This document shows positions 1 to 5,162 of a DNA stretch of 5,162 nt, piece by piece. Under the pieces are notes generated by a model that did no database searches, was not told the DNA's origin, and saw only the letters and a program-made list of their open reading frames with translations. The DNA is from a virus (taxonomy: Duplodnaviria > Heunggongvirae > Uroviricota > Caudoviricetes), in IMG/VR virus record IMGVR_UViG_2667527849_000003. The stretch is one strand, 5' to 3'. A program made the position numbers and the translations under genes. Position 1 is the stretch's first letter. Each line of letters starts with the position of its first letter.

Positions 1-20
1 CGGGCGGTTTTGTCGTTTAT

Positions 21-31
21 GGAGCGTGAGG
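21..31 (+). promoter_or_regulatory. Putative ribosome-binding site for J (GGAG / GAGGA purine-rich stretch just upstream of ATG at 33)
   Basis: Sequence ggagcgtgagga lies immediately 5' of the ATG at 33..35 that opens the 728-aa ORF; the spacing is typical for a Shine-Dalgarno element. Direct reading only. Confidence 0.4.
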
Positions 32-32
32 A

Positions 33-2219
33 ATGGGTAAAGGCAGCAGTAAGGGGCATACCCCGCGCGAAGCGAAGGACAACCTGAAATCCACGCAGTT
101 GCTGAGTGTGATTGATGCCATCAGCGAAGGGCCGGTTGACGGTCCGGTGGATGGATTAAAAAGCGTGCTGCTGAACGGTACGCCGGTCCTGGACAGCGAG
201 GGGAAGACAAACTTTTCCGGTGTTACGGTGGTGTTCCGTGCAGGTGAGCAGGAGCAGACACCGCCGGAGGGTTTTGAATCCTCCGGCTCCGAGACGGTGC
301 TGGGTACGGAAGTGAAATATGACACGCCGATCACCCGGACCATCACGTCGGCAAACATTGACCGTCTGCGCTTTACCTTCGGTGTGCAGGCACTGGTGGA
401 AACCACCTCAAAGGGTGACCGGAATCCGTCGGAAGTCCGCCTGCTGGTTCAGATACAGCGTAACGGTGGCTGGGTGACGGAAAAAGACATCACCATTAAG
501 GGCAAAACCACTTCGCAGTATCTGGCCTCGGTGGTGGTGGGTAACCTGCCGCCGCGCCCGTTTAATATCCGGATGCGCAGAATGACGCCGGACAGCACCA
601 CAGACCAGCTGCAGAACAAAACGCTCTGGTCGTCATACACCGAAATCATCGATGTGAAACAGTGCTACCCGAACACGGCGCTGGTCGGCGTGCAGGTGGA
701 TTCAGAGCAGTTCGGTAACCAGCAGGTGAGTCGCAATTATCATCTTCGCGGGCGCATTCTGCAGGTGCCGTCGAACTATAACCCGCAGACGCGGCAATAC
801 AGCGGTATCTGGGACGGAACGTTTAAGCCAGCATACAGCAACAACATGGCCTGGTGTCTGTGGGACATGCTCACTCATCCGCGCTACGGCATGGGGAAAC
901 GTCTTGGTGCGGCAGATGTGGACAAATGGGCGCTGTATGTCATCGGCCAGTACTGCGACCAGTCAGTGACGGACGGATTTGGCGGCACGGAGCCGCGCAT
1001 CACCTGTAACTCTTACCTGACCACACAGCGTAAGGCGTGGGATGTTCTCAGTGATTTCTGCTCGGCGATGCGCTGTATGCCGGTATGGAACGGACAGATG
1101 CTGACGTTCGTGCAGGACCGACCGTCGGATAAGGTGTGGACCTATAACCGCAGTAATGTGGTGATGCCGGATGATGGTGCGCCGTTCCGCTACAGCTTCA
1201 GCGCCCTGAAGGACCGCCATAATGCCGTTGAGGTGAACTGGATTGACCCAGATAACGGCTGGGAGACGGCGACAGAGCTTGTGGAGGATACGCAGGCCAT
1301 TGCCCGTTACGGTCGTAATGTCACGAAGATGGATGCCTTTGGCTGTACCAGCCGGGGGCAGGCACACCGCGCCGGGCTGTGGCTGATTAAAACGGAACTG
1401 CTGGAAACGCAGACCGTGGACTTCAGCGTGGGCGCAGAAGGGCTTCGCCATGTACCGGGTGATGTCATTGAAATCTGCGATGATGATTATGCCGGTATCA
1501 GCACCGGTGGTCGCGTACTGGCGGTGAACAGCCAGACCCGGACGCTGACGCTCGACCGTGAAATCACGCTGCCATCCTCCGGCACCACGCTGATAAGCCT
1601 GGTTGACGGGCAGGGGAATCCGGTCAGCGTGGAGGTCCAGTCCGTCACCGACGGCGTGAAGGTAAAAGTGAGCCGTGTTCCTGACGGTGTTGCTGAATAC
1701 AGCGTGTGGGGGCTGAAGCTGCCGACGCTGCACCAGCGATTGTTCCGCTGCGTGAGTATCCGTGAGAACGACGACGGCACGTATGCCATCACCGCCGTGC
1801 AGCATGTGCCGGAAAAAGAGGCCATCGTGGATAACGGGGCACACTTTGACGGTGACCGGCGCGGCACGGTGAATGGTGTCACGCCGCCAGCGGTGCAGCA
1901 TCTGACCGCCGAAGTCACCGCAGACAGCGGGGAATATCAGGTGCTGGCGCGATGGGACACGCCGAAGGTGGTGAAGGGTGTGAGCTTCCTGCTTCGCCTG
2001 ACCGTGGCAGCGGACGACGGCAGTGAGCGGCTGGTCAGCACAGCCAGGACGACGGAAACCACATACCGCTTCAGGCAGCTGGCGCTGGGGAATTACAGTC
2101 TGACAGTCCGGGCGGTAAATGCCCGGGGGCAGCAGGGCGATCCGGCGTCGGTATCGTTCCGGATTGCGGAAATCCGGTCAGCGTGGAGGTTCAGTCCGTC
2201 ACCGACGGACTTAAGGTGA
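33..2219 (+). CDS. J: Lambda-type tail tip / host specificity protein J (gpJ), N-terminal fragment. J-homologous coding runs to about 2170, then the frame reads 49 nt out of frame through the duplication junction to a TGA at 2217..2219
   Basis: ATG at 33 with upstream purine-rich RBS. The translation begins [34 protein letters not shown], which I recognise as the N-terminus of phage lambda gpJ, and the ORF shows J-like sequence across ~712 codons. The tail [19 protein letters not shown] is the frame-shifted read of the second repeat copy. Strand + and frame 0 (33 mod 3). Confidence 0.85.
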   Translation: MGKGSSKGHTPREAKDNLKSTQLLSVIDAISEGPVDGPVDGLKSVLLNGTPVLDSEGKTNFSGVTVVFRAGEQEQTPPEGFESSGSETVLGTEVKYDTPITRTITSANIDRLRFTFGVQALVETTSKGDRNPSEVRLLVQIQRNGGWVTEKDITIKGKTTSQYLASVVVGNLPPRPFNIRMRRMTPDSTTDQLQNKTLWSSYTEIIDVKQCYPNTALVGVQVDSEQFGNQQVSRNYHLRGRILQVPSNYNPQTRQYSGIWDGTFKPAYSNNMAWCLWDMLTHPRYGMGKRLGAADVDKWALYVIGQYCDQSVTDGFGGTEPRITCNSYLTTQRKAWDVLSDFCSAMRCMPVWNGQMLTFVQDRPSDKVWTYNRSNVVMPDDGAPFRYSFSALKDRHNAVEVNWIDPDNGWETATELVEDTQAIARYGRNVTKMDAFGCTSRGQAHRAGLWLIKTELLETQTVDFSVGAEGLRHVPGDVIEICDDDYAGISTGGRVLAVNSQTRTLTLDREITLPSSGTTLISLVDGQGNPVSVEVQSVTDGVKVKVSRVPDGVAEYSVWGLKLPTLHQRLFRCVSIRENDDGTYAITAVQHVPEKEAIVDNGAHFDGDRRGTVNGVTPPAVQHLTAEVTADSGEYQVLARWDTPKVVKGVSFLLRLTVAADDGSERLVSTARTTETTYRFRQLALGNYSLTVRAVNARGQQGDPASVSFRIAEIRSAWRFSPSPTDLR
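1617..2170 (+). repeat. Copy 1 of a 554-bp direct tandem duplication inside J
   Basis: aatccggtcagcgtggagg at 1617 recurs at 2171, and ggattgcgg at 2161..2169 recurs at 2715..2723. The constant offset of 554 was checked at the start, middle (cgtgagtatc at 1751 and 2305) and end. Encodes [18 protein letters not shown]...[10 protein letters not shown] in J frame. Confidence 0.9.
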
Positions 2220-2724
2220 AAGTGAACCGGGTTCCTGACGGCGTTGCAGAATACAGCGTGTGGGGGCTGAAGCTGCCGACGCTGCGCCAGCGTCTGTTCC
2301 GCTGCGTGAGTATCCGTGAGAACGACGACGGCACGTATGCCATCACCGCCGTGCAGCATGTGCCGGAAAAAGAAGCCATCGTGGATAACGGGGCGCGCTT
2401 TGACGGCGACCAGAGCGGCACGGTGAATGGTGTCACGCCGCCAGCGGTGCAGCACCTGACCGCCGAAGTCACCGCAGACAGTGGGGAATATCAGGTGCTG
2501 GCGCGATGGGACACGCCGAAGGTGGTGAAGGGTGTGAGCTTCCTGCTTCGCCTGACCGTGGCAGCGGACGACGGCAGTGAGCGGCTGGTCAGCACAGCCA
2601 GGACGACGGAAACCACATACCGCTTCAGGCAGCTGGCGCTGGGGAATTACAGTCTGACAGTCCGGGCGGTAAATGCCCGGGGGCAGCAGGGCGATCCGGC
2701 GTCGGTATCGTTCCGGATTGCGGC
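2171..2724 (+). repeat. Copy 2 of the 554-bp direct tandem duplication inside J (in frame +2 relative to copy 1)
   Basis: Same unit as 1617..2170 displaced by 554 bp. About 20 nucleotide substitutions against copy 1, all within the first ~312 bp (last difference near 2482); the remaining ~240 bp are identical. After 2723 the sequence continues caccggcagcgcctgtc (APAAPVTIE), the expected continuation of J. Confidence 0.9.
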
Positions 2725-4066
2725 ACCGGCAGCGCCTGTCACTATTGAACTGATACCGGGGTATTTTCAGATAACGGCGGTCCCGAAACTGGCTGTATAT
2801 GACCCGACGGTGCAGTTTGAGTTCTGGTTTTCGGAAAAGCGGATTGCGGATATCAGGCAGGTTGAAACCACAGCCCGCTATCTTGGTACGGCGCTGTACT
2901 GGATAGCCGCCAGTATCAATATCAGGCCGGGCCATGATTATTATTTTTACGTTCGCAGTGTGAACACCGTTGGCAAATCGGCATTTGTGGAGGCCATCGG
3001 TCGGGCGAGCGATGATGCAGAAGGTTATCTGAATTTTTATAAAGGGTTGATCAATAAAACGCATCTCGGCAAGGAGTTGTGGACGCAGATTGATAACGGT
3101 CAGCTTGCGCCGGACCTGACTGAAATCAGGACGTCCATTACGAATGTCAGCAATGAAATCACGCAAACCGTCAATAAAAAACTGGAAAATCAGAGTGCTG
3201 CAATCCAGCAGATACAGAAAGTTCAGGTTGATACAAATAATAACCTGAACAGCATGTGGGCTGTGAAGCTGCAACAGATGAAGGACGGACGCCTTTATAT
3301 TGCGGGTATCGGTGCCGGTATTGAGAATACGCCAGCAGGAATGCAGAGTCAGGTGCTGCTGGCGGCAGACAGGATTGCGATGATTAATCCTGCGAATGGC
3401 AACACAAAGCCGATGTTTGTTGGTCAGGGCGATCAGATATTCATGAACGACGTGTTCCTGAAATGCCTGACGGCTCCGACCATTACCAGCGGCGGTAATC
3501 CTCCGGCATTTTCCCTGACACCTGGCGGACGGCTGACGGCGAAAAATGCCGATATCAGCGGTAACGTGAACGCGAACTCCGGGACGCTCAACAACGTCAC
3601 GATTAATAAGAACTGTCGGGTTCTGGGAAAATTGTCCGCGAACCAGATTGAAGGCGATCTCGTTAAAACAGTGGGCAAACCTTTCCCACGGGACTCCCGG
3701 GCACCGGAGAGGTGGCCATCAGGGACCATTACCGTCAGGGTTTATGACGATCAGCCGTTTGATCGGCAAATTGTTATTCCCGCGGTGGCGTTTCGCGGTG
3801 CTAAACATGAGCGGAAGAATAACAATATTTATTCGTCATGCCGCCTGATAGTGAAGAAAAACGGTGCTGAAATTTATAACCGAACGACCCTGGATAATAC
3901 GCTGATATATACGGGTGTTATTGATATGCCTGCCGGTCACGGTCACATGACGCTGGAGTTTTCTGTATCGGCATGGCTGGTAAATGGCTGGTATCCCACA
4001 GCAAGTATCAGCGATTTGCTGGTTGTGGTGATGAAGAAAGCCACTGCAGGCATCACGATTAGCTGA
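2183..4066 (+). CDS. J: gpJ-like host specificity protein, C-terminal fragment: second copy of the duplicated segment, an FN3-like domain, and the C-terminal (receptor-binding) region. Possibly non-functional as a stand-alone gene
   Basis: ORF in frame +2 opening at GTG 2183, the first start codon in frame; there is no convincing RBS, so the true start is uncertain. Translation [19 protein letters not shown]... repeats the J segment and continues with J-like motifs ([47 protein letters not shown]) that I recall from lambda gpJ. Stop TGA at 4064..4066 is followed by a hairpin terminator. Confidence 0.75.
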   Translation: MEVQSVTDGLKVKVNRVPDGVAEYSVWGLKLPTLRQRLFRCVSIRENDDGTYAITAVQHVPEKEAIVDNGARFDGDQSGTVNGVTPPAVQHLTAEVTADSGEYQVLARWDTPKVVKGVSFLLRLTVAADDGSERLVSTARTTETTYRFRQLALGNYSLTVRAVNARGQQGDPASVSFRIAAPAAPVTIELIPGYFQITAVPKLAVYDPTVQFEFWFSEKRIADIRQVETTARYLGTALYWIAASINIRPGHDYYFYVRSVNTVGKSAFVEAIGRASDDAEGYLNFYKGLINKTHLGKELWTQIDNGQLAPDLTEIRTSITNVSNEITQTVNKKLENQSAAIQQIQKVQVDTNNNLNSMWAVKLQQMKDGRLYIAGIGAGIENTPAGMQSQVLLAADRIAMINPANGNTKPMFVGQGDQIFMNDVFLKCLTAPTITSGGNPPAFSLTPGGRLTAKNADISGNVNANSGTLNNVTINKNCRVLGKLSANQIEGDLVKTVGKPFPRDSRAPERWPSGTITVRVYDDQPFDRQIVIPAVAFRGAKHERKNNNIYSSCRLIVKKNGAEIYNRTTLDNTLIYTGVIDMPAGHGHMTLEFSVSAWLVNGWYPTASISDLLVVVMKKATAGITIS

Positions 4067-4084
4067 ATTTTATAACCCAGATAC

Positions 4085-4109
4085 GGGCACCAGAAATGGT
4101 GCCTTTTTT
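4085..4109 (+). terminator. Rho-independent terminator downstream of J (tJ-like)
   Basis: Stem ggcacc (4086..4091), loop agaaat, stem ggtgcc (4098..4103), then TTTTTT (4104..4109), 19 nt after the J stop codon. Confidence 0.6.
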
Positions 4110-4122
4110 ATTGCAGAAAAGC

Positions 4123-4128
4123 GAGAGG
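4123..4128 (+). promoter_or_regulatory. Ribosome-binding site for lom (GAGAGG)
   Basis: gagagg lies 5 nt upstream of the ATG at 4134. Confidence 0.5.
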
Positions 4129-4133
4129 TAATT

Positions 4134-4205
4134 ATGCGTAAAGTTTGTGCAGCCATTTTGTCCGCAGCCATTTGTCTGGCCGTATCCGGTGCGCCTGCAT
4201 GGGCG
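4134..4205 (+). other. Predicted Sec signal peptide of Lom (24 aa, cleavage after A-W-A)
   Basis: Basic N-terminus (MRK), hydrophobic core (VCAAILSAAICLAV), and AxA-type cleavage motif AWA followed by SEHQ. Confidence 0.6.
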
Positions 4206-4733
4206 TCTGAACATCAGTCCACGCTGAGCGCCGGGTATCTTCAGACCCATACTGATATGCCAGGCAGCGATGACCTGAAGGGCATTAACGTGAAATACCG
4301 TTATGAGTTTACGGACACGCTGGGGCTGATTACGTCATTCAGTTATGCCAACGCTGAAGATGAGCAAAAAACGCATTACAGCGATACCCGCTGGCATGAG
4401 GATTCCGTGCGTAACCGCTGGTTCAGCGTGATGGCGGGGCCGTCTGTGCGCGTGAATGAATGGTTCAGCGCGTATGCGATGGCGGGTGTGGCTTACAGCC
4501 GTGTGTCGACTTTCTCCGGGGATTATCTTCGCGTAACTGACAACAAGGGGAAAACGCACGATGTGCTGACCGGAAGTGATGGCGGTCGCCACAGCAACAC
4601 GTCTCTGGCGTGGGGAGCTGGCGTGCAGTTTAACCCGACCGAATCCGTGGCCATTGACCTTGCTTATGAAGGTTCCGGCAGTGGTGACTGGCGCACTGAC
4701 GGTTTCATCGTGGGTGTCGGTTATAAATTCTGA
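4134..4733 (+). CDS. lom: Lom-family outer membrane protein (Ail/Lom/PagC/OmpX-type 8-stranded beta-barrel), phage-borne lysogenic-conversion 'moron' gene
   Basis: 199-aa ORF with ATG start and good RBS. N-terminal Sec-type signal peptide MRKVCAAILSAAICLAVSGAPAWA. C-terminus YEGSGSGDWRTDGFIVGVGYKF ends in a terminal Phe, and the alternating hydrophobic pattern is typical of outer-membrane beta-barrels. This C-terminal block matches lambda Lom as I recall it, and the position directly downstream of J matches lambda gene order. Confidence 0.9.
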   Translation: MRKVCAAILSAAICLAVSGAPAWASEHQSTLSAGYLQTHTDMPGSDDLKGINVKYRYEFTDTLGLITSFSYANAEDEQKTHYSDTRWHEDSVRNRWFSVMAGPSVRVNEWFSAYAMAGVAYSRVSTFSGDYLRVTDNKGKTHDVLTGSDGGRHSNTSLAWGAGVQFNPTESVAIDLAYEGSGSGDWRTDGFIVGVGYKF

Positions 4734-4760
4734 TTAGCCAGGTAACACAGTGTTATGACA

Positions 4761-4786
4761 GCCCGCCGGTTCAGGCGGGCTTTTTT
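4761..4786 (+). terminator. Rho-independent terminator downstream of lom
   Basis: Perfect 7-bp GC-rich stem gcccgcc (4761..4767), loop ggttca, stem ggcgggc (4774..4780), followed by TTTTTT (4781..4786), 28 nt after the lom stop. Confidence 0.75.
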
Positions 4787-4797
4787 GTGGGGTGAAT

Positions 4798-5124
4798 ATG
4801 GCAGTAAAGATTTCAGGTGTACTGAAAGATGGGGCGGGTAAACCTGTCGTAAATTGTGCGATTGAACTGCGGGCCAGAAGAACCAGTCCGACCGTTGTGG
4901 CACACGTTGTTGCCACTTGCGTGACGGACAATAACGGTGCTTATGTGATTGAGGCTGAGCCGGGGTATTACGAGGTTGCGCTTCACTGTAACGGCTGGCA
5001 GCCAACCCGTGTCGGGGATATTGATGTGGCACCGACTGATGCACCGGGGACACTGAACGCGTTTCTGAATGCACCAAAGGATGGTGATTTACGTCCGGAG
5101 GTGATGAAGTGTCAGCGCCAGTGA
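4798..5124 (+). CDS. stf: Side tail fibre protein (Stf-like) N-terminal domain; ORF of only 109 codons, probably a truncated remnant or disrupted gene
   Basis: ATG at 4798 with GGGG 5 nt upstream, preferred over the GTG at 4792 that the ORF track uses. Translation MAVKISGVLKDGAGKPVVNC...PGTLNAFL...RPE resembles the conserved N-terminus of lambda Stf as I recall it (MAVKISGVLKDG...), and lies downstream of lom as in lambda. Stop TGA at 5122..5124. Confidence 0.6.
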   Translation: MAVKISGVLKDGAGKPVVNCAIELRARRTSPTVVAHVVATCVTDNNGAYVIEAEPGYYEVALHCNGWQPTRVGDIDVAPTDAPGTLNAFLNAPKDGDLRPEVMKCQRQ

Positions 5125-5162
5125 TATAAGACGGTAATTCGCCATTTGGATTGTCCGCTCCA

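Noticed and set aside
1-32. Possible 3' end of the upstream tail gene (frame 3 reads GGFVVYGA then TGA at 27..29)
   Set aside because: Only about 9 codons are visible, too little to support a call, and in lambda as I recall there is an intergenic gap before J.
2160-2220. Possible programmed ribosomal frameshift site at the duplication junction that would fuse the two J ORFs
   Set aside because: No slippery heptamer (X XXY YYZ) or downstream stimulatory structure is present around gcggaaatccgg; the frame break is explained by the 554-bp duplication length.
1617-2724. Direct repeat as a CRISPR array or IS/transposon terminal repeat
   Set aside because: Only two copies, each 554 bp of protein-coding sequence with no spacers and no inverted terminal repeats or transposase; this is a segmental duplication of coding DNA.
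17-3729. Minus-strand ORFs overlapping J (17..406, 449..649, 963..1901, 1487..1918, 2093..3274, 2191..2472, 3433..3729), some over 300 aa
   Set aside because: All lie antisense to the well-supported J coding sequence. Their translations are low-complexity and Arg/Pro/Gly/His-rich, typical of shadow ORFs on the opposite strand of a GC-rich gene, and none has a start or RBS context. ORFs 1487..1918 and 2191..2472 resemble each other only because they sit in the two copies of the tandem duplication.
3648-3848. 66-aa + strand ORF in an alternative frame inside J
   Set aside because: Fully embedded in the J reading frame, with no RBS and no recognisable protein features; most likely chance.
4040-4084. 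Candidate sigma70 promoter for lom (TATAAC-like -10 at 4071..4076)
   Set aside because: No acceptable -35 at proper spacing, and any transcript starting there would meet the terminator at 4085..4109 before reaching lom.
4792-4797. GTG at 4792 as the stf start, as in the supplied ORF track
   Set aside because: The ATG at 4798 has better RBS spacing (GGGG at 4789..4792) and yields the conserved MAVKISG N-terminus; the GTG would place the RBS inside the terminator T-tract.
4059-5077. Minus-strand ORFs overlapping lom and the stf-like gene (4059..4250, 4335..4592, 4721..5077, 4734..4931)
   Set aside because: Antisense to the confidently called lom and stf-like genes or spanning the terminator hairpin; no independent coding support.

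Overview
This window is the distal tail-tip end of a lambda-type (lambdoid) phage or prophage late operon, all on the + strand. It holds a large gpJ-like central tail fibre/host-specificity gene (33..4066), a Lom-family outer-membrane protein gene (4134..4733) bracketed by two hairpin terminators, and the start of a side-tail-fibre (Stf-like) gene (4798..5124). The main anomaly is a 554-bp direct tandem duplication inside J (1617..2170 and 2171..2724). Its length is not a multiple of three, so J is split into two overlapping ORFs in different frames (33..2219 and 2183..4066). The two copies differ at about 20 positions in their first ~312 bp and are identical over the last ~240 bp, which points to recombination between diverged J alleles or to an assembly chimera rather than a fresh duplication. 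The Stf-like ORF stops after 109 codons with stops in all three forward frames just downstream. I see no CRISPR array, tRNA, rRNA, recognisable IS element or defence/toxin system; all minus-strand ORFs in the track are antisense shadows of the GC-rich J, lom and stf genes. Homology statements rest on my recollection of lambda gpJ, Lom and Stf, not on a database search.
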